From the NCBI GenBank assembly GCA_951406725.2, contig OX597822.1, positions 58,528,001 through 58,592,000 on the forward strand: a stretch of 64,000 bases of DNA, in the 5' to 3' direction. The DNA is from Octopus vulgaris. Its lineage: Eukaryota. Positions 51,895 through 64,000 of the stretch are shown one piece after another. The stretch's first letter is position 1; each line of letters begins with the position of its first letter. The translations under genes were made by a program, and so were the position numbers. The notes beneath the pieces were generated by a model that was given only the letters and a program-made list of their open reading frames with translations, did no database searches and was not told where the DNA came from.

Positions 51895-53580
51895 GTTACA
51901 ATTCCTGAAATTTTTGAGGGGAGGGGACTGCAGTGTTTCATTGTTACTTAACTTAACAACTCTGGAAGTTTGAAAGGCAAAGTCTACCCCGGCGGAATTA
52001 GAACTCAGAACGTAAAGCTGGGCGAAATACCGCTAAGCATTTCACCCGGCACGCTAACGATTCTTCCAACAAGTGGGGGCGCAATGGCCCAGTGGTTAGA
52101 GCAGCGGACTCGCGGTCGTAAGAACGCGGCTTCGATTCCCAGACCAGGCATTGTGAGTGTTTATTAAGCAAAAACACCTAAGCCCCACGAGGCTCCGGCG
52201 GGTTGGAGGAGGAGGAGGAGGAGGAGACAACAACAAAAACAGTAGTCCTTTCTACTATAGGCACAAGGCCTGAAATTTATTGGGATGGGGATAGTCAATC
52301 ACATCGAACCCAGTATTCAACTGGTACTTAATCTATCGACCTCGAAAGGAGCAAAGGTAAAGTCGACCTCGGCGGAATTTGAACGTAGCGATAGGCGAAA
52401 AACCGCTCAGCATTTCGCCTGGCGAGTTAACGATTCTGCCAGCTCGCCACCTTACAACAGCAACAACAACAAAATTTTGTCACAAGGGCAGCCATATTGG
52501 GAGAGGAGATAAGTTGACTATATTGACCCCAGTAGTCAATTGGTACTTAATTTATCGACCTCTAAACGATGAAAGGGAAAGTCGACCTCGGCGGAATTTG
52601 AACTGAGAATGTAACAGCTGACGAAATACCGCTAAGGATTTCGCCCGGCATGAACAACAACAATAATAATGTTGGCAATACTAGTTTGTAGTATAGGCAC
52701 AAGGCCTGAAATTTGCGGGGAGGGGGTAAGTCAATCACATTGACCCCACTGTTTCACTGGCACTTAATTTATCGACCCCTAAAGGATGCAAAGCAATGTC
52801 GACCTCAGCAGAATTTGAACTTAGATCGTAAACGCGGGTGAAATTCCGCTAAACATTTCGTCCAGTGATTTTGCTTGCTCACCACCTTTTTCCAGTTGAT
52901 CCGATCAACGGAACAGCCTGCTCCTGTAATTAACGTGCACTCCACAGACACGTGTACCCATAACGTAGTTCTCAGAGATTTTCAGTGTGAAACAGTGTGT
53001 GATAAGGCTGGCCGTTTGAAACACAGTTACTACTCGTTTTTGCCAGCCGAATGGACTGGAGTAACGTGAAATAAACTGTCTTGCTCAAGGACACAACACA
53101 TCGCCGGTAATTGAACTCACGACCTTTGCAATAACAAGCCGAATACCCTAACCACTAGGCCACGCGCTTTCAATAATAATAATGATCCTTTCTACTATAG
53201 GCAAAAGGCTTGAAATTTGTGGGGTGGGGACAGTCGATTAGATCGTAAGGATGAAAGGCAATGTCGACCTCGGCGGAATTGGCACTCGGAAAGTAGTGAC
53301 CGGCGAAATACCTATTTCTTTACTACCCACAAGGTGCTAAACACGGAAGGGACAAACAAGGACAGAAAAACGGATTAAGTCGATTATATCGACCCCAGCG
53401 CGTAACTGGTACTTATTTAGGCCTGAAATTTAGTAGGAGGGGAATAGTCGATTACATCGACCCCGAAAGGATGAAAGGTAAAGTCGACCTCGACGGAATT
53501 GGAACTCAGAAAGTAGTGACCGGCGAAATACCGCTAAGCATTTCGTCCAGCGTGCTAACGATCCTGCCAGCTCACCGCCC
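51895..53580 (-). mobile_element. Dense SINE cluster: several S2 (-), one S4 head (52076-52200, +), one S3-like (~52870-53170, -)
   Basis: Matches to the family copies elsewhere in the window. Confidence 0.8.
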
Positions 53581-53638
<58 letters not shown>

Positions 53639-53639
<1 letters not shown>

Positions 53640-54024
53640 TGCCCTGGGAATGATAGCGAAAGGGACTAATTGCTACCTAACTCAGATACCAGGAAACCCC
53701 AAAAATGGCAGAAATTCAAAAGATAGTGCTCATGGAAACTGCTCATATCCTACGCAAAATACTCTCTATGTAATCCCAAGGTTTAAAACAAACTTTTTAT
53801 TTATTTATTTATTTATTTATTTTATTTTGTTTTATTTTTTATTTATTTATTTATTTATTTATTTATTTTTTTAAAAATTTTATTTTTATGTATTAGACAT
53901 TCACTAGTACAACACCAACCCCCCCCCCCAAATATATGGCACAGAACTTCCAACCTGTTGTCTCTTGAGGTCTCTGAGTGAGACTTGGAGCCAACTTGTA
54001 CAGACATAAAGCAAAACTCAAACA
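53639..54024 (+). mobile_element. 5'-truncated R4/Dong-clade LINE, subfamily 1
   Basis: ALGMIAKGTNCYLTQIPGNP/MAEIQKIVLMETAHILRKILSM* is homologous to the C-terminus of the next element; (AAT)n on both sides. Confidence 0.8.
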
Positions 54025-54140
<116 letters not shown>

Positions 54141-54177
54141 TAATAATAATAATAATAACAATAACAATAACAATAAC

Positions 54178-54231
<54 letters not shown>

Positions 54232-54233
<2 letters not shown>

Positions 54234-55003
54234 TCAAAGCTTGTTTACCAGAAATTACCAGGCTAACGTTCTCCGAAACGGTACTGACCCTAAATGCAGA
54301 TTCTGTGACACATTTGACGAAACGATAGACCATCTCGTTTCGGGATGTCCTGTGCTGACACCAAACGAATTCAAAAATCGCCACGATAGGGTAGGACAGT
54401 ATATACATTGGAAGATATGTAAATACTACAAATTCGACACTCCTGCTAACTGGTATGAACACCATCCTCAGCCAGTTGTTGAAGGTAAGGATGTCACCAT
54501 CCTCTGGGATTTTCCAGTCAACACTGACAGAACGATCAAGGCTAATCGACCAGACATAATTGTTAAAGACAGGGAAGAAAATACCTGCAGACTAATAGAG
54601 GTAAGCGTCCCCACTGATAAAAATGTATCTGTAAACGAATTTGACAAACTTAGTAAATATAAGGACCTGGAAATCGAAATACAAAAGATGTGGAATCTTA
54701 AAACAAAAACTGTTCCTGTTATTGTAGGTGCCCTAGGTATGATAAAAAAGGGATGTCAGAAACACCTAGACAATATCCCTGGAGAACCATGTCTCAAGGA
54801 AATCCAAAAGATTGTGCTAACAAGTACTGCCCACATCCTTAGAAAACCCCTATCAATGTACATGTTTGTGTTTGGAGATATTTCTCTACTTCCCCTCCCC
54901 AAGCTTTCAACTATATTTCAACAACTCTTAACCTTCACTTGCCCTAGGGCGCTGGGTGTGCCCCGGCAAGTGATTGCATCAAACATGCAGATTAAAAGTA
55001 AAT
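54232..55003 (+). mobile_element. 5'-truncated R4/Dong-clade LINE, subfamily 2 (CCHC knuckle plus restriction-like endonuclease)
   Basis: DQSLFTRNY..KCRFC..ETIDHLVSGC..RHD..ILWD..NRPDII..IEVSVP..KLSKYKDL..PVIVGALG; uninterrupted frame; (AAT)n on both sides. Confidence 0.9.
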
Positions 55004-55022
55004 GACAATAATAATAATAGTC

Positions 55023-55355
55023 AGCGCATGGCTCAGTGGTTAGAGCGTCGAGCTTACGATCGTGAGGTTGTGAGCTCGAATCCCGGACCGGGCTGCGTGT
55101 TGTGTTCTTGAGCAAGACACTTTATTTCACGTTGCTCCAGTTCACTCAGCTGTAGAAATGAGTTGCGACATCACATGTGCCAAGCTGTATCGGCCGTTGC
55201 CTTTCCCTTGGACAACATCGGTGACGTGGAGAGGGGAGGCCGGTTTGCATGGACGACTGCTGGTCTTCCATAAAACAACCTTGCCCAGACTTGTGCCTCA
55301 GAGGGTAACTCTCTAGGTACAAACCCATGGTCAGTGTCTGACCGAAAGGGGTCAC
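55023..55355 (+). mobile_element. SINE S3, full length
   Basis: tRNA-like head GCGCATGGCTCAGTGGTTAGAGCG..TCGAATCCC; near-identical to 61604-61932. Confidence 0.9.
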
Positions 55356-55982
55356 CAATCATAGTTGAATATATAGTGCGTGTGTTTAATTGACAAAAGA
55401 TGACCATCCCCAAGTATAACAATATAAATGAATTAGTTATAAGAAAATTGACTTTTTCATCTTCAAATGTGAAATTATTTTTGTAGGGTATCCCTCATTG
55501 GAATTAATGGTGACAGTTTGATATTTTGATGGTTTATCTACTAATAGGTCTACAATATGATACACAGGAATATTTTCATGGGTTGTAATAGTTGTCTGGG
55601 GAGAAACAAAGAAGGAAGAATTTGGTGAGGATAGGGAAGGAGTAAGCTGTTAGAGAATAATGGAAATGACATCGTCACCCGACTAGCTTCTCCTTGTTGG
55701 TAAGGGAGTGGTAGCGAGACAAGGCAGAGGAGAATTTCGGTGTGTATTGGTTGCCTGTGTGTGCAGTGTGGGGGCCTGAAAGCAAAACTAGGTATCAAAT
55801 GCAATGGAATGCAAAATAAGAATATATTTAGTGAGGAGAGATCCAAGAATAGGAGGATGCAAGAATAGAGCAATTGCTAAACAAAAATAGAAAACACGAG
55901 TTTTTACTGAAAAATGTAATAAATATTCATTCACCTACATTTAAGACATAGTAGCTACGAATCAAAGAAGGGGCTTTTATGT

Positions 55983-56127
55983 CAGGCATGGGGAAGCTTT
56001 TTCGAGAATCAGGCCGCATAAGACGTGGTTCATCATTAGGCAGACCGCACAACGAAACATTCAAGATAATTTTTCGTTTAGGTGTGCCACTCAGAAAGTC
56101 CTAGAGGCCACCGCTTGCTTGTGACTG
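55983..56127. mobile_element. Short hAT-like MITE
   Basis: CAGGCATGGGGAAGC..GCTTGCTTGTGACTG; flanks TTTTATGT/TTTTAAGG. Confidence 0.45.
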
Positions 56128-56209
56128 TTTTAAGGGTTCACTCCAACTGCTAGAAATAATTGCGAAAAAATGGATACATTGGATGCTGTAATCAAAGAAG
56201 CATTATATC

Positions 56210-56240
<31 letters not shown>

Positions 56241-56304
56241 AATCAGACCAAGATGATTTTGGCTGAAACGCTTTTGATTATAAATTTGCTCATTCAGGGG
56301 ACTA

Positions 56305-56365
56305 AACAACAACAACAACAACAGCAGCAGCAACGACGACGACGATGATGATGATGATGATAATA

Positions 56366-56451
<86 letters not shown>

Positions 56452-56757
56452 AAGAAGAGCAGCAACAGCAGCAACAGCAGTAGCAGCAGCGGCAACAGCA
56501 GCAGCAGCAGCAACAGCAGCCGTTTAAGAATTTGGACCTGGAGATCTCCATTTCCAGCGACTTCGAGGGCCACCTCCCAGTGGTGTCGGGCGTCAACGGA
56601 GAGCCCTCGACTACAACAAGACGACCAAAGTTTTTTTTTTCCAAGGTCTGTGGTCTCCCGCCCCTAAGCCCTAGACCACCATCTAATCACCCTTACTCGT
56701 CTTGTTGCTTAACAACAACAACAACAACAACAACGACGACGACGACGACGACAACAA

Positions 56758-56807
<50 letters not shown>

Positions 56808-56810
56808 ACA
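56305..56810 (+). repeat. Compound trinucleotide tracts flanking a unique GC-rich core (56521-56710)
   Basis: Direct reading. Confidence 0.85.
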
Positions 56811-56935
56811 TTAAAAAAATTATTCAAGACAACATAAGTTTTCCAATCAAAAATATCTGAAGATAGAGAAGAATTTAATCAAGAACAACAACTGTCAGTA
56901 CAAAGTGTGTGTGTGTGTGTATGTATGTGTGTGTA

Positions 56936-56967
<32 letters not shown>

Positions 56968-57145
56968 GCGGGACAGAGGTTTAAGAAACAGAACAAATAA
57001 TTAGTGGAAAACAAATCATTCTTATATGAGAGAAGAAATATTTATAAGGATTTAACTAATAAGAAAAAAGAAAGTTTTTAAAAAAATCAAAAGCTAAAAA
57101 AACAAACTAGAAATAGCGAAGGGCAATCTTTCGTCTGTAGTAGAC

Positions 57146-57516
57146 CTTTCCGTCGATTTCCGTAAAAAAATTCTTTTTTTTTTACATATGGGCTTGCGGG
57201 AACTTTTGAGGTAATGAGAGCGAAAGAGACTAAGAGAAAGCGACTGTATGACGAGGGAAATTCTTTTGAAGTTACCGTGCATGGGAAGCATTGATGTACA
57301 TGTGTGTGTGTGTTTCATGGGGTGTGGGAGACAGACAGTATGTTGTGTAAGTGAAGTGCATCTGTTAGTGTGTGTGAAGAGACAGAGTAATGTGTGAAAG
57401 AGAGAGATAACTGAAATTTTTTACTCGGTGTATGTGTATATGTATGTATATTACTTCAAAAGTTCCCGCAAGCCCATATGTAAAAAAAAATTTTTTTTAC
57501 GGAAATCGACGGAAAG
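57146..57516. repeat. ~70-bp inverted repeat arms (57146-57215 and 57450-57516) in an unclassified element
   Basis: CTTTCCGTCGATTTCCGTAAAA..TTACATATGGGCTTGCGGGAACTTTTGAGGTAAT and its near-exact reverse complement. Confidence 0.75.
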
Positions 57517-57629
57517 ATCGCCATAGCGAAGTTCTCATCATACACACGCGCACGCAACGCACCACACACGCTCACGAGAACAGATCTGGCGTCGAATGAA
57601 TTATGTACTCGTTCAATTAACATTTAAAT

Positions 57630-58066
57630 ACTCTCTTTCTCTTTTACTCTTTTACTTGTTTCAGTCATTTGACTGTGGCCATGCTGGAGCACCGCCTTTA
57701 GTCGAGCAAATCGACCCCAGGACTTATTCTTTGTAAGCCTAGTACTTATTCTATCGGTGTCTTTTGCCGAACCGCTAAGTTACGGGGACGTAACCACACT
57801 AGCATCGGTTGTCAAGCGATGTTTGGGGGGGGGGGACAAACACAGACACACAAACGTATACACACATACACACATACACACGCGCACACGTACATACATA
57901 TATGACAGGCTTCTTTCAGTTTCCATCTACCAAATCCACTCACAAAGCTTTGGTCGACCCGAGGCTATAGTAGAAGACACTTGCCCAAGGTGCCACGCAG
58001 TGGGACTGAACCCGGAACCATGTGGTTGGTAAGCAAGCTACTTACCACACAACCACTCCCACGCCT
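57630..58066 (-). mobile_element. SINE S1, full length, well preserved
   Basis: Closely matches 28722-29130 and 58770-58922. Confidence 0.9.
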
Positions 58067-58637
58067 GAGTATTCCACACATACTTGCATACTTTACATAA
58101 TTCTTAAACCGAATCAATGCCAACCACTGGAATAGAACTCAGAACCTCATGATTACGAAGCACACTACTCGCCGATGCCTGAGTCCATTTCGTACACCAC
58201 ACAAACACATACACACACACACACACACACACACGCTTACACAAACGTAGTTACGTACGCGTAAAACACAATGTGTATAATCCGCTTGCACACATGCATA
58301 GTGCGCGGATATGTGTACGTGTGTGTGTGTGTGCATGCGCTCGCGCGCACGTGCATGTACGTGTGTGTATGTGTGAGTGAGCTAGTGTGTGCGCGCGTGT
58401 GCGTGTGTGTGTGTGTGTGTGTGTATAAGGAATATTAAGAACAAACATTGAATTCCTAAGAAAGGGTAGTAAGTTAGTGAGTTGTGAGGACCCTAGATAC
58501 CAAAGCTGTCACTCGGAAACCGAGAATTAGGGTTTCTATCAAGAATAATAAGAACGAATTACGTTTGTACTGGAAAGCCCTTCCTAATCTGGTGCATTCT
58601 TATATTGTTTGTCTGTCAGTTTGTCAGGTATTTCTCC

Positions 58638-58670
<33 letters not shown>

Positions 58671-58686
58671 AAAGAGAGAGAGAGAG

Positions 58687-58732
<46 letters not shown>

Positions 58733-58769
58733 CGCGCGCACAAACACAGAGAAATACGTGACAGACGTA

Positions 58770-58922
58770 TACTCTTTACTCTTTTACTTTTTTACTTGCT
58801 TCAGTCATTTGACAGCGGCCATGCTGGAGCACCGCCTTTAGTCGAGCAAATCGACCCCAGGACTTATTCTTTGTAAGCCTAGTACTTATTCGATCGGTCG
58901 CTTTTGCCGAACCGCTAAGTTA
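58770..58922 (-). mobile_element. SINE S1 3' part
   Basis: Match to the S1 tail. Confidence 0.85.
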
Positions 58923-59689
58923 CACACACGCGCACACAAACACATTTATATACATGTATGCATGCATACCTACACACGCATACATGTATACATATATATT
59001 TACACACGTACACGCATACTACCCTCTTATCTATGAAACAAATAACTAGTGAAGGCACCGCAAACGTATCAAGCATAATGGACATAGGAGAAGGCTCCCT
59101 ACATCAGCTGTCGATCTGGATGTCATGGCCATTTCTGCACTGAGGATAGTTTCGGTATCTCGAGTGGTGTCAGTAAATTCAAATTAGAGAATGGTCAATA
59201 AGGATAGAAGATACAGATAAAACGCTGGTTAGTGTGTGTATACTATCAATAGGAGAAAATGGTTACGGAAAATATTTGATTCCTTTTGAGAAGACGAAAT
59301 GACATTGTAGTCTTTTGACGGATACAAGACCACACCAGGGGCAGATGTGTATAATGCACATCTAAAGCTGGGAGAAAGGGAAATGGTTAACTGTTCGGAC
59401 ATTAATCCTTGAACAGTAAAGAAGCTGAGAAAGAAAGAGCGAAGTGGTATTATCGTAGGATCAAATCGAAGAAAGATAAAATTAGACAAGAGAGGAAGTA
59501 CAGAAGGTACGCACGATCAGCGAAATTCATCAGGAAAGCGTTCCTTAAGGTAAGTACATGTTGAACAGGGTTTCAAACATGTAATAACAGAATGGAAATA
59601 GGCAAACCAACTGACACCATCTTTGTAAATAGAAAAGAAAATCTCCTGCTAGGGTTGTTCAAAAGTAGAGAATCCCCTCCCCATCAGTA

Positions 59690-61573
59690 AAGTAGTGCCA
59701 CAGGCTGGGCTGTTGGGATGTGTGCACACTTCTAGATGATAATTTCAACAAGAGGCCAAAAAGGCGTACTGCACTTACTGCATGTAAGCTTTAAAATAAG
59801 CTTTAAAATATTCCCTTGATGTTGCACTCTCTGAAACTAGTCTCTGGTGAGGGGCAAATAAATGAACCTACTTATGGACATACTATCTTCTGTACGGGCC
59901 TACCTGAGGGTTACCGTAGAGAATCTAGTGTTGGGTTTGTTCTCAAGAATTCATTAGTATTCTCCATTGCAGAACTTCCAAGTGGTATATCTGAACGAAC
60001 TATGCTATGCCGTATAAAACTGACAAAAGGTAGGTTTCTTAACATTGTCAGTATTTATGCATCAACAATGTCTCATTCTGATGAAACTGTAGGACAGGTT
60101 TATGACGATGTAGTACAATTACTGAAGAAAGTACCAATTTCTGACAAGCTGGTCATATTGGGAAATTTCAATGCAAGAGTTGGAAGTGATTACATTTCAT
60201 AGCCTGTTTTAGGCCGACATGGGATTGGAAAATGTAATAAAAATGGAGTAGCTCTTTTGACGTTTTGTATTGAGAATAATACGGTTGTTACCAACACTCT
60301 GTTTAAGCAGAAAAGTAATATATAACTACCTGGATGCACTTAAGATCTAAGGACTGGCATCTCATAGATTATATTTTGATCAGAAAGCGTTATATGAAGG
60401 ATGTTTCTAGTGTTCGGGCCATGAGAGGAGCAGAGAGCTGGACTGACCATCGTCCAGTCCGTGCAAAAATGAATTTTTCGACAATGCCTAAAAGTGGACA
60501 GTTTGGTCCTAAGGTACACAAAAAGTTAAATTCTGCAAACTTTAAATGACCAAGCAACTTGGAAAGATTCCACGATGCTATAGAAAGTATCAATCTTGAG
60601 CCAAATAACATATGGGAAGATTTCAAAGCAAAAGTATTTCAGGCTGCAGGTTCTTCAGTGGAATTTAAATCGGATAAGGCCATGATCTACTTTGAGAAAA
60701 ACAGGAAATACACTTCTTTCTCAGTGCTTCAGCTTCAACTCAAACGAAGCTCACAGAAAGCTGAAAGAGAAAGTGCAGACTGCTCTAAGGAAAATTAAAC
60801 AGGAATGGGGGAATGGCATAGCAAAGGGGGCGCAAGAAGAAGCTGATAAAAATAATGCCAAGGGTTTGTACTCTTATGTAAAAGAGGTATATTACCTAAA
60901 ATATTCAATATCTCCAGTGAGAACAACAAATGGTCATTTGTTTTTGACTGACACCGCTTCTATTCATAAGCGCTGGGTAGAACATTTTTCTGTACTTTTG
61001 AATAAGGTTCAAAAGAAGTTCAAGGACGGCATAAGGACTGCCATGAAGTCAACTGGAATGGATCCCAAGGCCATAGAAACCTTTACTTCGGATCGAGCTG
61101 CATGGCGAACAAAAGAGTGGAGATGAGTGAAAGCGTTTGAAGATGCCAGGTTAACACGTGCAAGACTCAAGAGAGATTTTAAAGAAGAATATTGCGATCG
61201 AGAAGGTGAACTCAGTGATCTTTTTGTGTGCACAGTTTGTGACAGACCATGCCTTTCTTTTGTTGGGCTCAAATCTCATTTGCAGACCCATGAAAAACGA
61301 ACCTCCACCAACTATTTTGCCTATATATCTGTGCACACATTTCAATGCCATATATGCCATAAGGTCTGCAAATCTGACAGAAACCTCAGAAAACGTTATA
61401 AGATCCATAAAGATCAGAACTTAACTGCAACTCTTCATGGTCCAAATCGGATATGCAATCTATGTGGGTGTCATTTAAATAGATTGTCTAGTTTAAAAAG
61501 CCATATCAGACGCCACGATGGATCTAAGGTGTAGGTACAAGAGTTGGTCAGACTATGCATGAGGAGTAGACAA
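59690..61573 (+). mobile_element. RTE-clade LINE, decayed: APE endonuclease, RT deleted, three C-terminal C2H2 fingers
   Basis: RLGCWDVCTLLD..RPKRRTAL, SGEGQI..VGF, IVSIYAST, LVILGNFNARVG, WHLIDYIL, WTDH; RWVEHFSVLLNK joined to KKFKD..SDRAAWR; then CTVC..SHLQTH, CHIC..KIH and CNLC..SHIRRH. Confidence 0.88.
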
Positions 61574-61603
61574 AAACCGAAACGAAAAAAATATATACTT
61601 GAA

Positions 61604-61932
61604 GGCGCATGGCTCAGTGGTTAGAGCGTCGAGCTTACGATCGTGAGGTTGTGAGCTCGAATCCCGGACCGGGCTGTGTGTTGTGTTCTTGAGCAAGACA
61701 CTTTATTTCACGTTGCTCCAGTTCACTCAGCTGTAGAAATGAGTTGCGACGTCACTGGTGCCAAGCTGTATCTGCTTTTGCCTTTCACTTGGATAACACT
61801 GGTGGTGTGGAGAGTGGAGGCCGGTATGCATGGGCGACTGCTGGTCTTCCATAAACAATCTTGCCCAGACTTGTGCCTGGGAGGGTAACTTTCTAGGTGC
61901 AAACCCACGGTCAGTCATGACCGAAGGGGTTC
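61604..61932 (+). mobile_element. SINE S3, full length
   Basis: Near-identical to 55023-55355. Confidence 0.9.
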
Positions 61933-61938
61933 CTAAGA

Positions 61939-61978
<40 letters not shown>

Positions 61979-61979
61979 G

Positions 61980-62012
<33 letters not shown>

Positions 62013-62719
62013 TGTATGTATGTATGTATGTATGTATGTATGTATGTATGTATGTATGTATGTATGTATGTATGTATGTATGTATGTATACATACATAAA
62101 TGCATACATACACAGAGACATACACATATGTGTACATATATATATATATACATATATATACATATATATACACACGTATTTATATGAATATATATATATC
62201 CATCCATCCATGCACTTTCTATCTTTTCCTATTTTTTGAAGTTTATAGCAATGCGATCTAGGTTATTTTGTCAAAAATATTCATGATTTTTAGCTCACCA
62301 GATCTGGGGTCAACCAATGGACGGCTATGTACTCTCCACAGGAGAGATTGTTTCTTTGTTTAAGACTCTGGAAAATAATAGACGGTCTTCATATACATAT
62401 ATATTTGTGAGTGTGTGTATGAGCGCACAAGTATTTTTATGATATACTCATACACACAGACACATACAATGCATTCATGCGTGTATGCATGCATATATAT
62501 ATATATATATGTATATTTTCTATATGTTTTCACGTACCAACAAACACGCACAATCATAAGAGCATTTAAGCTTAAAGAAATTATTACACACAAAATTAGT
62601 GTGTAGAATTGCTTGCATACATTTAGATTATATACACGAATTCACGCGCATGAATACACACACATACATATATATACACACAATTACGTACAAGTGTGTT
62701 CATGTGTACATGCTAGCTT

Positions 62720-63115
62720 AGCAGCCCTTACTGTTTGTTTTCACTGTCCTGTTTTTGTAACCAACTTTGACCGTCCGCCAGTCTCAAATCTTATTTTGCT
62801 ATGCGGGACATATTTTGTCGCAATTGCTCGAAATGTGGAATAGATAAAACAGCCGACAACTGATGAAGGGTCATTCTTTATGTTACTTGTTTTATTTTCC
62901 ATTGTTTTCTTTCGTTGTTCGCCAAAAAGTTCGTATTCCATGTTTTCATATTTCGTATTTCATGTTGTTTACGTTTTATGACGTCTTGAACCCATATGTG
63001 CATATATATATTATTTATATTATTATAGGATTGAACGCCACGCATCCATTTCCAAGTAAGTTTATCATAATAATTCCGATGCGACTCTATCATGCATTGT
63101 TCTCTTTCCCTCGTT
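62720..63115 (+). mobile_element. Diverged member of the ~770-bp HHR-unit family
   Basis: Same motif order as the sense strand of 4736-5532: HHR, T-rich segment, GTC(C/T)TG(T/A)AC, CCAAGTAAGTTT and ..CG(A)ACTCTAT. Confidence 0.7.
62809..62871 (+). ncRNA. Hammerhead ribozyme, non-circularly permuted (copy D, diverged)
   Basis: CAUAU-U-UUGUCG-CAAUU-GCUC-GAAAUGUG-(16 nt)-CGACAA-CUGAUGA-A-GGGU. Stem III CAUAU/AUGUG, stem I UUGUCG/CGACAA, stem II GGGU/GCUC. Confidence 0.72.
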
Positions 63116-63324
63116 AGTCACATTGAACAAAAAAAGAAGTAAAAAGTTTCTTATTCTTTACTTTACTTGAAGTAATAGTTTGTCCTATACTTTTGCAGGT
63201 GTAATAACTTGTCCTGTACTTTTCCAAGTTTATAATCTTAAGAATATCACTTTTCATGCTCGCATTTTTCCATGTAGCATATATATATATATATATATAT
63301 ATGTAAGTATGTATATATATATAT

Positions 63325-63536
63325 AACGGGAAGGTTTACGAAAATAAACAAAAGACGAAGGCAGGTGGAGTACAAACAAACAAATGTTTTAGTATGGCGT
63401 TCAGGAATAGAAATAGAACAAGTCTTTTACGTTTCGAGCCTACGCTCTTCGACAGAAAGATACGTAGAAAAAAAAAACAAGGAGAAAAACAAAGAGAGAA
63501 AGAAATGCATGTAGGAGCTAACGATCTATCATGGCG
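63325..63536 (-). mobile_element. ~210-bp pLTR-like element with a minimal HHR (63423-63460, core CUGUCGA)
   Basis: Near-identical to 20994-21202. Confidence 0.8.
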
Positions 63537-64000
63537 TCGGGCACACACACAAATGCCGAAATATTTCTGGCTTTGGGTAATAGAAAATACAGAACGATCA
63601 ATTAATTACGATACTATTCAACATATTCCCATCTCAGATTCACTCATTTATTGCAGTTGTCCTTCAGTTTTTCTAAGCCCTGTGAAAGAACTCGGAAGGT
63701 TGGGCCGCTAACCAGGCCTTTCGTGACACCCTTAAAGCACTTCCTCGCATGTATGTATGTATGTATGTATGTATGTATGTATGTATGTATGTATGTATGT
63801 ATGTATGTATGCATGTATGTATGTGTATATATATATAAAGAGAGAGAGAAAGAGATCTATACTGAGAGCGAGTTATGTCCTTAAACGAACTTCAGCAATG
63901 GCTCACCTTGGGGTTTCCATTGTCCTTTTTTCCCTACCTATTGTGTTTGGATGAAGGGGCAAAACCCACGATTCTTTCAGACCCTCTGAAACGGGGGAGG

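Noticed and set aside
55023-55095. tRNA-like sequences (also near 320, 52076 and 61604)
   Set aside because: They continue into SINE bodies, so they are SINE heads rather than tRNA genes.
59030-59550. Coding-like block with a GTAAGT donor upstream of the RTE
   Set aside because: No long + strand ORF; I cannot tell an RTE 5' region from an unrelated decayed repeat.
61127-61534. Stand-alone host C2H2 zinc-finger gene
   Set aside because: It continues the RTE C-terminal frame across a single stop and shares its 3' UTR with a dispersed truncated copy.

Overview
AT-rich, microsatellite-saturated eukaryotic DNA; the SINE families and repeat make-up suggest a cephalopod (Octopus-like) genome, which is an inference. 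I found no intact host gene, and almost all ORFs in the supplied track are translated microsatellites. The window holds decayed Tc1 and mariner transposons, hAT MITEs with 8-bp TSDs, a non-autonomous Helitron, four tRNA-derived SINE families, and LINE fragments (CR1, RTE, L1/Tx1-like, R4/Dong inserted in (TAA)n, and an RTE ending in three C2H2 fingers with its RT deleted). The main signal is RNA. At least eight non-coding repeat families carry hammerhead ribozyme (HHR) motifs or remnants. One family (2418-2479, 2737-2798, 5007-5068, and a diverged relative at 62809-62871) has its three core strands in a non-circularly permuted order, with stems I and III supported by compensatory changes. It sits in an ORF-less ~770-bp unit that looks circularly permuted (retrozyme/Penelope-like). 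Other families show core variants (G3-C8 swap, U at position 6). All pairings were read by eye; no database or folding software was used.
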